A stretch of DNA of 54,419 bases, the filler included, from Sphacelaria rigidula (Eukaryota): NCBI GenBank assembly GCA_964200075.2. It is 5 parts of 5 records of this genome, joined end to end, with 100 filler letters (N's around TTAATTAATTAA, not from the genome) between each part and the next. Parts side by side here need not be neighbours in the genome. Positions count along the whole stretch, not along the records: positions 10,907 to 21,711 come from CAXNAA020005881.1; positions 21,812 to 32,614 come from CAXNAA020005882.1; 3 more parts are not named here. One strand, written 5' to 3'. The position numbers and the translations under genes are program-made. Shown piece after piece: positions 11,705 through 23,612 of this stretch. The notes below the pieces were generated by a model, which worked only from the letters and a program-made list of their open reading frames with translations, was not told where the DNA came from and did no database searches. How positions within the stretch are numbered: the stretch's first letter is position 1; the number at the start of each line of letters is the position of its first letter.

Positions 11705-11944
11705 CCTTCTACGATACCCCCCCCCCTGAACCAACCCATAAGTGACACGAAAAAATAGTCAAACAGCGCCTGATGTTTGGGTTCAGGCTGCATGAAGCGT
11801 CTCACGTTGGCGACATTGGCGAGAACGAACCCAAGCGTGGGAATTCCCAGCTGCTCGTTCTGTTCGTTTTTCTCCATTCCGATTCACGTGAAGGTTTTGC
11901 CTCCCCAAACCAGGCACGTTTTGGGGGGGCGCTATCGTAGAAAG
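11705..11944. mobile_element. ~240-bp MITE, copy 1
   Basis: TIRs c(c/t)ttctacgata(g)cccccc ... ggggggcgctatcgtagaaag. Homologous along its full length, in opposite orientation, to 28184-28425. Confidence 0.85.
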
Positions 11945-13884
11945 CGTCCAGTTCAACCAGCAATGGAAGCCTGTGGGATGAGCACGTTAAGTCGTTACTC
12001 TTCATCTACAGATGGGCGTTAAATCGACTTCATTTCCGGGCTTCGAATGACATCGATTCAAAACGTCACCGTCGCTTGGATTTCTAGACACGATGAGCGC
12101 ATTTGTTCAAATGAGGGCGGTAAAGTGCAAAACGACTCAATGCCATACGGTTTGAAAAATACCATGGACGACGATGGCCAATTCACCATGTATGGCGAGA
12201 CGTACATGTTCTCACGAACTCGGTGGATTTCTTCAGGGATTCTACAAATTGGAAGGGCTTGGGAACTTTGGAGATTTTGTCTGTTGGGCGGCAGATACGG
12301 TCGATGACCTTGGACTGCATTTCCCGATAATTTTGGGGTGCTAGTTCGCAGTGTATGTAGTGAGTGACTCACAAAAATATGAAAGGAGCGTTGCCAGCTC
12401 TCGCCAAAACTTCGAGATTCAGCAGTCTCTTGCTCCATTTCCGCAAAAGTAGTACGTTGAAATATGGTCCTGAGTGTACTAGAAGTGGGAGTGTCGAATT
12501 TCTTCTCAGCTTTTACCGCAGACTCGCGAGGGGTGACTCTACGGCCCCGGCATGCAGGACCATCGCGCAGCCACGATGGAAAGCAGTGTCACACGAGCAG
12601 CCGTGGTTCACTTGCTGTCATCGCCGTTCCAGGCCGAATAATGCATTGTGAAGCGTGCTAAAACGTCAACGATCGAAAGTCAAGCCACCGTCACTTGTAC
12701 CCTCAGTTTCTCATCAACAGTCGCTGATGTCTTCTCCACGACTTTCTCAAGACAATCCACACATCCATGTGTCGGTCAGCTTTGTAGACGATCGACCTTA
12801 CAGTCTGTAGTGGCTGTATCCATCGTTTGTGGACCCCCTGTCACCATGAGGTCCTGGTCTCACTCAACCAGCCTCAGAATCGAAGCCGCCAGCACTGATG
12901 CGTCCAAAAACATGGAGCCTTCAGCATGAAAGCCTTGCTTGTACAGGCGTTCGCGAATACGGAATGTGAGGGCACGTGCAAATTCACATGCCCTCAGGTG
13001 GTCGACACAAGCACCATCAGTACGGTCGGTCACAGTGAGCACCACCTCAGGTGCTGAAAAATTCGAGAGCAGGGCGCACCTCCAGCACAAGGACGGCCTC
13101 CCCGCTCACCGCCGGCGACAAGTGGTACGACCATTCGTGAGAGTGGTCGATTTGGATCGTCGAAAAAAGGTGAGGGAAGTCCGAGGAGGATATTTCCCAC
13201 CGGTAGCCCTGCTGCTCGAGACAAGGGTAAAACAGGATTATACAAGTGGGCGTTGTAGGTATTCCTGCGGAGTGGATTTTGATGGGCTTGTAGCGAATCG
13301 CAGAAAATGTGATCGCCAGAGTTGAATGTCGGGTTAGTCTCGTCAATAGCAGGGGTTGGTTCCCGTTTTACCTGTGTATAGGTTTTGTGTTGCTCCCATG
13401 TTTTGCCGCAGAAAAAGAGGGGGATATCCAGCATGAACGCACACACGATTTGCCTACAGTTGCGAATGAATACGTGTAGGGTCCCTGGTTTACCATGGAA
13501 AAATGAGGCGAGGGGACTTTCATGCTACCGTTCAGTACAAATTTGCTCTTGTATGGGAGTGCGTAACCCATTCAGAAAATCAGAAAAATGAAAGGGAATG
13601 CGTAACGTATTCAGAAATCAGCGCGCGTTCATTTGTGCTGCAGGTCTCGCAATTCTTCGATTATTCAGTTCCGGACATTCAACCGTACGTCGGTAATAGA
13701 AAAAGCTGGTAGGTCCTGCCGCCGAAAAAATACGAAATAATATGGACAATAGTTCACATCCGTTCTGTGTACTGAACATGTGCCCAGGAATCAGCCTTGT
13801 AGTGCCTCGGAAACACAGTTCTGCACTCGAACACATACTCGCGTGAACCTGTCACAGGTTGGTTCAGACTTGTCACCCGAAAAA

Positions 13885-14640
13885 CACTCATCGGCAAACC
13901 CTCACGCCCTTTTAAGGCGTTAGACCCTGAAATTGTGCACAGATGTTTTTCACGCAACTTTCGAACGTCAAGGTGTATCGACCGTTTGATTTTTTCGCCG
14001 TTTTTCGGGGGTCTCAGTTTTTTCGCAGGAACATCAATTCAATTGTATCCCCGTAAACCGGTGAAGAAAAAAATAGAAAAAACTTCGTTCATGCTGAGTT
14101 GCGTAATGACCCATGGCACAGTTGTGCAAGGGTTCAGCGTCTAACTCCTCAAAAAGGCGTGAGGTTTTTTGCTTTCGTGCGATGAACCTTGACGTGCCGC
14201 GGTGAAATCGCAAACTACTTGATCTTAAAAAGAAACCAGCGTTTGTGGGCCTTGTTTGACGTTGACATGAAAACTCAAGCATCCGTTGACCGAGTTTTGC
14301 GGCGAAAGTTTGTGGGGCCCTTGCTTGGGTTATGCGGCGACAGCTCGTTCACGACAAAATGAAAAACAAGATCATAGTGCAGGTTTTCTGGGGTCTCAGA
14401 AAGGAGACTACTTCGAAAAACGACTTGGATCCCGTCGGACACGCGAAAAAAGGTGAAAAACTAAACAAGTAGAAAAAAAAACTCGCCCATGAAAAGTTGC
14501 GTAATGACACATGGCGTATTTGTGCATAGTTTCAGGCTCTAACTCCTGATTACGGCGTGAAGGTTTGCGCGTTTTGTGGACGACGTGGGCTTGAAACGTG
14601 CAACTCCTTACTACTTGGTTTTAGCATGAAAACATCTTCT
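13885..14640. repeat. Diverged ~390-bp-period direct repeat plus an inverted partial copy
   Basis: agttgcgtaatgac(c/a)catggc...tctaactcct...ggcgtga occurs at ~14097 and ~14494. A reverse-complement copy tcacgcc...gcgttagaccctgaaattgtgcaca lies at ~13902-13941. Confidence 0.7.
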
Positions 14641-17097
14641 GGGGTGAATTTCATGTCAAGGCAAGAAACACTGTATGAGGTTTTCAAGTTTCTCCTATCA
14701 AATTTGTATATGTGTCCCAGGACGCATCATTTTATTATTTTTCTTTCGGGGCCTCGTGTATCGCCTTCCGGGTTCCTTAATACTGGGACCCCCGGAAGCC
14801 GGTAGAGAGCGGAGAAACCATGCAATCTTGTCAAGAATACAACTTTTCGATTTGGAGCATCAATATCTACGGAACTGCCAAGTTTGAGAGCGATCTGAGC
14901 TTTTCTACAACAGACATCGGGGACACCGTCACGCGGCTCCCTGGGTCTTTCGTGCGTATCATTAGTGAAAATTAGAAGACACCAACACCCAACATCACCG
15001 AACTGTCACGGTTTCGGGTATAATTCGACCCCCGTAGTAACCGTTTCAAAATCTGTTGTTTTCGTGAGATTTCCGAGGCGATGAAGGTTACTACAATTTG
15101 AAGCGTGTGGAGATCATTGGATGAAATTGTGCTTGGGATTCGTCATTTCGATCTCGGAATCATTTGACGGGCGCTGATCGGTCGATATACCTTTTTGCCC
15201 TTAGCGCTACCGCTATGGTCTTACACACAAATCCGGTTATTCCACGCTCTTCACGTGTCCATGGCGGTTAGTATGATATCATGTATGCGACTATTGGGAG
15301 GGTATTGCGAAAGTCATTTCCTCATGACACAATTTTGGGTGATATGCGTGAACGAACCTATATGGTTTACCGGTGAGTATTCGAATACTTGTTCCAGTTG
15401 ATTTCGATTTCTTTTCAGGTTTTCCGGTCATCACGGGTTAACACGATTTCCGTTTGATCTCAAGCGTTGAGAAACGAGAGAAATAAATACCTGTCACAAA
15501 TCCGTAAAAAGCAACCTCCGACCTTAATCCTGCGAGCCTGGTGCGACGAAAAACTGGAGTGCTCCTTCCCGCCTTTGTAGGAATGCGAGGCTAATGGTCT
15601 CATGACTATGGCATGCACAGTGCTACAGCCGAAAAACCGTGTTCTTGGGGTCACATACATTCGATAATACTCCCTCGACAAAACGGAGTTCCGTCCGCGT
15701 TTGACACGACGAGATGGGGAAATGCGTCTTGAGCACAACCCGCTTCTTTTTCCAATGCCTTGCGATCCTCGATCTTTCGAGGTGAGGTGACATCGCCTGG
15801 GGAAAAAATCCCTATAGTGAACCACATGTTGAAACGTGAACTACTGCAACGCCTTGGCACTTCGACACTGCCGCCATGGTTGCAGGCTTCGTGGACCCCG
15901 ACGCGTCCACACCCAACAACACTGTTGTCTCATCATCCAGCTCAAAGGGTCACCATCATTGCACGCCCTACATCACAAAAGCAAAAGAGAGCCGCCTGGT
16001 AGTGACCCTTCTGCTGGTGTATGGACTAGAATGCTCGTGTCGCTGTTTCATCTTTTACTTCGTGCTCCTGGAAGGTCATCCGAAACCTCATCTCAGTTTC
16101 TTGTGCGTATAGGTCCACAGCTTGCGTTGTTTGTTAATAGTAATACTCGAATAAATATCCACGCTTGCGTACCCTCAACACCCCACGGCAGGTATTGCAG
16201 CCTTCAAGCACAGCACTTTAAATCGATGGCTTCATATGCACTCCCTTTGACTGATATGCTGTAGTGGGGAAGAAGTACTGCGTGTCATGTCGGGTCAAAG
16301 GACGTGGTTCGGGCATGGCCCTCAGGTAATTTTTCCACTTCACCCATGACGAGATAGTTGACGACTGTGGGAAAAATCCAAGCCCAAGAAGCTATTACTG
16401 CCAAAGCAGCCTGAATCGTGATTCATAGCGCGGAATCATGCTGACAGCCCATGCAACAAAGACGGCCGACAAAGTTGGCTGCGCCGCTGTCAGGTCAACC
16501 CGTTTCAGCGCACTTTCTGATAGGCCTGAATATCACGTCGCTGATAGCCGGGCGAAAGATTGAAGGATGTCCTCTTCGTAGGCGACGGTTGACGCACGTT
16601 GGACACGGGCGGATAGTGACAGTGTAGTTGATGAATATTTGTTTCGTATTAAGAAATACTTCGTCCCTGGACCATCACGTGGGAGTATAACGGAAAACAT
16701 CCCACCAGCGACCGTCCAGTTGTCGCCGACTCGATGCGTACCTATACACCACGGCATGCCAGGAGGCTAGGGTTGGCGACGTCTTCGCATACATGGGACA
16801 TTTGCTGCTGGCAGGATCATCGCCCATGGCGGTTTCCACGCGTCACGGCTGAACGTACAGGGGCAAAATATATGACTGAAGGCTATGATCGTTGCCCAAG
16901 GCGCGCTCGTTGATCCTCATGTCCTCTAGGCACGGAGCAGCGACGTTCTCGTTGCGGATATGAGTGTGGTTCATGGCTGACGAACGAGGGGTGCAGTCTA
17001 GCGTTATGGACCTTTCGAACTAATCGAAAAGCTGCTGCAGATTGGTCGGCAATGGAGGGATGAGAAACTACTCAACACGTTGTATACCATCTGTGGG

Positions 17098-17180
17098 AGG
17101 AGGGGGCGGGGGGCGTACTCATTTGTTGCTCGCCTTTGTCGTTTGACCATTGACCACGCATCCCTTTCGAGACGGGGCAC
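17098..17180 (-). mobile_element. Poly(C)-tailed short retroposon copy (subfamily 1)
   Basis: G-rich run followed by cgtactcatttgttgctcgcc...catccctttcgagacggggcac, flanked by the direct repeat tctgtggg. Confidence 0.8.
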
Positions 17181-18324
17181 TCTGTGGGGATATCTCAATG
17201 GTAGGACTTCGCACTCTTGCGACTACAAGGTGCCCGTATGCGTCCATGGTACTATGCGTCCATGGTACTATTGGAAACGTGTTGTGCCTTGTATTTCAAG
17301 TGCGAGTGCTCCCACAGGACAGATCCCAGAATTGGTGGCTAACGATCGCTTGGAAAAAAACGAAAACTAGAATCTTTTCAGTCGTCCTTCGGTATCACAG
17401 AGATGAAGACCAGGGACCTGTAAGAAATGCCCACCTGTTCTTACAGAGTGCATGTCCCGCCGCGTGTCGGGATCAAACGGGTGAATTAACGATCAGTCTC
17501 AAACGCTTTCGTGGGTTCGCTTCCCAACAGATCTGGTCTCGCTACACAGAATCCGGTTTCTGTCGTCGAAAAAGTGGAAAGTGGGTCCGAGCTGGGCCAG
17601 CCGAGAGTAGGTGTGAATCTTGCTCGGGCGAAGCACGGCGCGATATTAGGAGTTGGACGCTGAAATTTTTGACAGGAGCTTTTTATGATCGTAATGCAGA
17701 AGATCACGTGAGCAGCAAGGAATATATACATATATATATATATGAGCATTTAAAGTTTAAGCAAAAACAAGATAATGTCACAAGTCCAGGAAAAAAAGGA
17801 GAATCTGCAGCTGCCTACGTGAAGTATCAGTTCCTTTGGTGCAGAAGGTCTACGCGAAATTTCAGCTCGAGAGTCGTCGAATTGGGCCGTGCGTTTTACA
17901 TTTTCCGTAACGCTGCTGCACCCGTATAAATCAAGTGATGGGAGACTCCAATTATGGCGGTCATGGGTTCGAATCCCGACAGATTCTCTTTTTATTTTTC
18001 GTCCGTCGAGAAGGTCTACACTTCATAGTGTTACCAGGTTGTTCTACACTTCATAGTGATATGCTTACATCGGGTTCATTCGGGAAACTGGGAAAGATGC
18101 GGTGTGAGCAACTTCTAGTCGCTCTCGATCTGGTCCAGCTCGCAGCAGAAAAAAACTTCGGATGGAACCGACGAGCTGCGAGACTGCAGATCCAGTGCTG
18201 GATACACGTTACTTTGACACATGCACCGGGGAGGGGGTGGGTTGACACCTTGAGGCCATGACCTTGCCCCGGGAAGGGCAGGGGGTGTGGAATTGTGATG
18301 AGGAGAGCTACTAGAGCAATCCTC

Positions 18325-18875
18325 CAAGAGCAGGTCGGGTAGGGTATATACTTTTGAATACTCGGGCAAAATACCCGGGTATTTACTTTGCATCAGGTTT
18401 GGGTAGATTGGGTACGGCGTCAAATACTTGACTCAAATTCAAATAGATTCGGTCAGACCTCAACTACTCCACCCAACTATTGTGTAAGTACCCTCAGCAA
18501 AACCGGAGCATATAGTATCACTTGAGCATGACCTCAGTACACTACCCAAATTTAGGGTTAGGGTTAGGGTTAGGGTTAGACTATTGGGTACGACCTCAAA
18601 CACTCTGCCCATTTTTGGGGTAGATCGGGTACGACCTCAAATACTCTACTCGAATATTGGGTGAGCAACCCCTCAGCAACACCCGAGTATGGAGTATCAC
18701 TTGAGTATGACCTCCATACTCTACCCAAAATTTGAGCATCTTGGGTATCATCTAAAATACTCCACCAAACGTTTGGGTAGTTTGGGTGCGATTCCAATAC
18801 TCTACCCGACTGTTTGGGTAATACGAGTATAACTTTTCAAAAATACCAAGTATTACCCAACACGACCTGCCCTTG
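18325..18875. mobile_element. Non-autonomous hAT-like element (551 bp) with internal repeats and (TTAGGG)4
   Basis: Imperfect ~27-bp TIRs caagagcaggtcgggtagggtatatact / agtattacccaacacgacctgcccttg. 8-bp TSD caatcctc (18317-18324) / caatcctt (18876-18883). Internal ~60-bp direct repeat at ~18490 and ~18670. Confidence 0.8.
18552..18579 (+). repeat. Interstitial telomere-type repeat (TTAGGG)4TTAG
   Basis: ttagggttagggttagggttagggttag. Confidence 0.9.
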
Positions 18876-20914
18876 CAATCCTTCAATACTACTTACCGGC
18901 AACTATGCCCCAATATTTCGTCATGTTTGCAGGGATTGATTTTCCCAGTTCTAGTTGTAATACAACAGGGTCGATTACCGAGATGGCATCAAAAATCGAG
19001 AAAAAATATTTACAAACAATACCATCGTACTAGCACAGATGACGCCACATGAGCACTCGTGCAACGTAGCTCTTGTGAAGATTAGAGGAAGGAAGACGTT
19101 TCCCGACGCTGCAGCACAGCATCAGAAAGGAATGGTCAGATGCGGCACGGTACATTTCCTGTAGTGTCAAATGGTACGACGTAGCTTTTGCGACATAATA
19201 GTGGTCCTCCAGTAGGTTCCAACGCAGCTATGTCGTATCCACATGACAGAAATAACTTTTCACTCAAACCGTGAACCGTCTAGTAAGGTACGTGGCGGTA
19301 CGTCATAGCAGATGAATATGATGGGTTAGACAACAGTATTCATGAAAAGGTTGACGATGCCTAGACATTACAATTCTAGGTGCGACTCGTGGATACCCGT
19401 GAGTTACTAGTGAGTGGCTACAGCCTCCTGAAGAAATCCCCCAAGTACCAATGGAATGAACCACACCCTACCAGTCCGCGAGCACCCCCGGTGTCTTCGC
19501 GTGCGCCTAGTGTTTCAAACCCGTGTATTTCGGGAAGGGCCGGTGGATGCATAACCCCCATGACGCGCCCGCCAAGCAGCTCTTGCAGTTCAATGTACAA
19601 GACAGTACTTTGGTGCAACAAATGGCGGGTTGTTAGCTGGAGATCGTGAAAGACTTGTTTGTTATTTCTACGCTGCTCTGACTCCGCGTGTGCTCCACAT
19701 CACACGGTCCAAAGATCGTTCAGTTTTCTACGTTTCAACCCACATGATGGTGTCATGACGGTACCTGAAGCGGGCGGAGGAGCGTCAAGCTTAGCTACAG
19801 TGCTGAGTAGTTGTTTGTTTGGCACGACAAGCAAGACATGGAGATTTCCCCGAATTGTGACTTCACACATGTCGGGTCTATTCGACTCCGGGTGTATATT
19901 GGGGTACCGGAGCATGATACCTCATATCGTGTTTGCATTGTTGGTGAAGATCTTTTGACACGGGAGATAGCACCATTGTTTTCAAACGCACAACGAACAG
20001 CAACGCCGCTCGGCATGCAAAGCATACGTCCCCTGTAGTTGCACCATCTACTGACCGTGTGCAGCTAGCTGTTGGCTGCACGACTGCACTCAATATGGGA
20101 TAACGCTATCATCTCTGCCGTGAACCATGAAGGCATGTGGAGCAAATATGTTTGAAAAGATCAGTCATATTTACACAACAATCAACATTACCGCGGCACG
20201 GCAGGGTCAGCAGAAAGGACGGGGGGCGGAGTGCTCATTTGACCGCGTTCGCAGCTGCACTCCCCAGTGAAGTGCGCTCATTGAAGCAAGGAATATCACG
20301 GCTTACTTCGTAGCTGTAATTTGAATCTTTGCCAAAGCATGTGGATAGGTTGCACGATGCAGCTGAGATCTTTGCAGTCACGTCCGCCGATTCGACTCTG
20401 TGCTTCGTTTCTTTTGTGTAACGGGAGACACTTCACCCTTACTGGAACACCCGCCCGTCGTTCTTACAACAAAGGACCATTTTTCAGCAAACGAATTCGG
20501 TCTTTCGAATGTGTGTCTTGCCCGTTCAGTCCGCATTCATACTCTACTAAGCCGCCCCCAACATTTTCACGGCGCAGCTATGAGCATGCGACAAGGGATC
20601 AGCGGCGGTGATGTGGGTTGGGGTTCCACTGTGCCGGTGTGGCGTGTTTCGGTCACTTTCCTCGCGCTGCCACGTTCGAACGTCCACAGCTCAGAGCAAT
20701 CCTGTATAGATACACAGAGCCGCTCAGACCTACGTTGACTCCAATAAACTTCGATCTGGAAATTACATGTGTGTTCCCCATTGGACTCGGAACTGATCGT
20801 GATGACGAAAATCACGTTCCAAAAGCATTTCTGATCCTTCTTTTCCTGGCCAGACCCCTTCATGAAAAACGAAAAATACTCATGAAAGAGTACTTTCCCC
20901 CCATGTCGTATTTC

Positions 20915-20994
20915 ATGCTCCGTCTCGAAAGGGATGCGTGGTCAATGGTCAAATGACTAAGGCAAGCAACAAATGAGTACGCCCCCCCCCCCCC
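20915..20994 (+). mobile_element. Poly(C)-tailed short retroposon copy (subfamily 1) with clear TSD
   Basis: tgctccgtctcgaaagggatgcg...aaatgagtacg followed by C13. ccccccatgtcgtatttc is present on both sides (20897-20914 and ending at 21006). Confidence 0.88.
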
Positions 20995-21711
20995 ATGTCG
21001 TATTTCCAAAGGTAAAAATCTTCTCCACTGTGCGATCGATTGTGCACATTTCGGGCACAGGGGGGCATATTTTTATCGATCAGTGAAGTCGTGCATGCCC
21101 GAGTAAAACAGCACTGCATGGCAAAAAACGCATGGTGACAACAATTTCGGTAGCTATCTAAGTACGCCCACCCGATGATCAAGGCCAGCGTTGCTGGAAA
21201 CAGCGACGTCTAGCACCTACTGATATTTGCGAGAGCTTGCCACATCCAGCTAGGTATCGAATGATGGGTCACAGCTACGGATGGAATGCAAAACACTGAA
21301 GAAGGGTATGAGTACGGAAGATGACGCTTAGAGTCGTGATTTGGGTCCTCCGTTGTGGCTGAGCAGCCCAGCGACCCGCGCAAAGTTCCAGCGCATACGC
21401 AGTCGCACATACGTCCCTGCCCAGCTTCACATATCCAAGGCTCGTGTTAGTCAGAATCCATCCACTTCTTTGGGAACTACGGCAATCCGTGTTGGCGCCC
21501 AATTCACAACAGACGGTACATAGTTATCCGCGGTTGGAAAGGCCGCCTGAGAAGGGCTCTAAACGTACTGTAACTGGGGTAATGTACTGTTCGCTGGGGC
21601 AGTACAGTACCGGCCCGCTAGTAAGAAACGTGTCAGTAAGAAAATCGCCCTCAAATTTAGGCAAACTTAAGAAACGGCCCAGCCTCGGCATCTGCCGCAA
21701 GTTAAGAAAGA

Positions 21712-21811
21712 NNNNNNNNNNNNNNNNNNNNNNNNNNNNNNNNNNNNNNNNNNNNTTAATTAATTAANNNNNNNNNNNNNNNNNNNNNNNNNNNNNNNNN
21801 NNNNNNNNNNN
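21712..21811. other. Artificial contig linker
   Basis: N44-TTAATTAATTAA-N44. Confidence 0.98.
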
Positions 21812-22404
21812 GGTCAGGTGCTCCTTACGATTCTAGACCCACAAGAATATGAGTCAGGGCATCCCCGTTTGCAGATTTATTCGGGATATCCCCAGCAAAT
21901 TGGAATAATAGTAATCCTGACGTACTCTCGCATATTTGTATAACTCGTGTTTTGGATGAGATAAAGGGCTCCTAACAATTTTAACCCCAGGAAATATTTG
22001 TGTACCCCTACCGTAGCATCACTTCAGATCCCGAAAGTGCTGAATATGTTCCTTCGCGGGTGTATCCAATATATCTTGGCTGCACAACAGCTATGCGATG
22101 AACGAGCTCAGTATACATCGGAAAAACAATACTTTTGGATGGTTTGTGTTCAATATATATTATTGCAACAAAATATCATGCATCGCTTCGACGACATATA
22201 TATATATATATATATTGGCATTTCGATACATACAATTATTTTTCTCTTGTATCGCGACTGAGTGAATTTTTTCTCGGTCCGAATTTATTTTCAACTTCCT
22301 TTTACCCTATATTGAGGTAGTTAGCCTGTGACCACGGGAGGCGTACGCGTCAGATGCTCAGTACAGAGTACTACGCAGATATCGGAACGACCTTTATTGT
22401 GAAG

Positions 22405-22485
<81 letters not shown>
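22405..22485. repeat. (CAA)n microsatellite
   Basis: About 26 perfect CAA units. Confidence 0.97.
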
Positions 22486-22994
22486 CGGCCGGCATGAACA
22501 AAATATGTTGGACTTTTTTCCCCCGGAGCGGCATGCATTGCGTCACGACCATAATAAGAGGTCTATGTACAATCGCTTTAATATCCCCGAGGAGATCTCA
22601 ACACAGTAGTTTAACTGTCAGGGCAGTACTTGCGCTGTTCCCAGCATGAAGTATCGGGATCGTATTGGGGCGTACTGTATTGCTCAGGATAGAAGCAACA
22701 CAGCACCGGCGACCCGGGGGGTATTCAGAGGCGCAGATCGACCCGCGTTGTCTGCCGTGTTTAGCAACGAAACAAACTAGAAAACAGAGATATTTCGAAG
22801 GGATGATTCAACGACGCTTACCTCTTGTTTCTTTCGGAATGGGTCGGAATGATACTCGTGTAAAATCCTGTAGGCCAACAAAATATTTTCTTCTCAAATT
22901 GCATTGAATGCGATATTCGTTGCACGGGATGGCTTGTAGGATGCGGCAGAGTACAGCACTTGAACAGCTCGCTGAAACATATACTCGGCATGGA

Positions 22995-23425
22995 TGCGGC
23001 CGCTAAATGTATATCGGATGGGTGATATATTGTCGAACAAGCTACCCCGATATATACACTGGCCGGGCAATATCTTCTCATCCGTACGGCCGCAATATAA
23101 ATTGACCGGCCAATACACTTTCACCCGTACGGCCGCAACATATATATATATATGTTGACTGGCCAATATGCTGTCACCCACACGGCCCAATATATACTGG
23201 CCGGGCAATTTGTCGTCACCTAGGTGACCCCAAAATATATTGGTCGTGCAACATGTCAACGCCAACACGGCCTCAACACGTATTGATGGAACAATACGTG
23301 TGCAATCCCACGGTACAAAAATATATATATATATATCGGGCGGGCAATATGTTTGCAGTCCCATGACACCAATATATATTGGGCGGGCAATACGCGTGCA
23401 GCCGCAGCGTACGAACATAATATAA
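22995..23425. repeat. Degenerate ~42-bp minisatellite with palindromic core tattggccgggcaata
   Basis: About 9-10 units of aatatatattg(g/a)ccgg(g/c)caata-N~10-cc(g/c)(t/a)cggcc. Confidence 0.75.
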
Positions 23426-23435
23426 AATAATATAT

Positions 23436-23612
23436 ATTGATTGTCGCACTTTAAGTGACCACCCATGGGCCCAGCCGTAGTCGCATGATAGACGTACTCA
23501 AGAAAAGCAAAACTGAAACACTCTCTCAAGAAAAGAAGTAACATAAAAAAAGTCGAACAAGACGACATATTAGACGAAGACGTGAAAAAACAAAGAAACA
23601 AATATACGCCGG
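23436..23612 (-). mobile_element. 3' fragment of a dispersed retroposon-like family ending in gtgcgacaatcaat
   Basis: attgattgtcgcact...catgatagacgtactcaagaaaagcaaaa matches 36015-36198 (reverse complement) and 36265-36340. Confidence 0.65.

Noticed and set aside
17150-17929. 259-aa ORF
   Set aside because: It starts inside a retroposon copy at a non-ATG codon, crosses a TA microsatellite and has no recognisable motif.
17920-18000. tRNA gene (ggttcgaatccc B box followed by a T-run)
   Set aside because: No convincing A box or cloverleaf. At best a degenerate SINE head.
18552-18579. Chromosome end
   Set aside because: Only four units, internal to a contig and inside a TIR element.
21600-21711. 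Possible DNA transposon end (TA|CAGTACC... with repeated taagaaa)
   Set aside because: Cut by the contig edge, with no partner TIR to confirm it.
22995-23425. CRISPR-like repeat/spacer array, and the 257-aa ORF 22894-23667
   Set aside because: The spacers are mutually related and the repeats degenerate. The ORF is a translation of repeat DNA with no recognisable domain.
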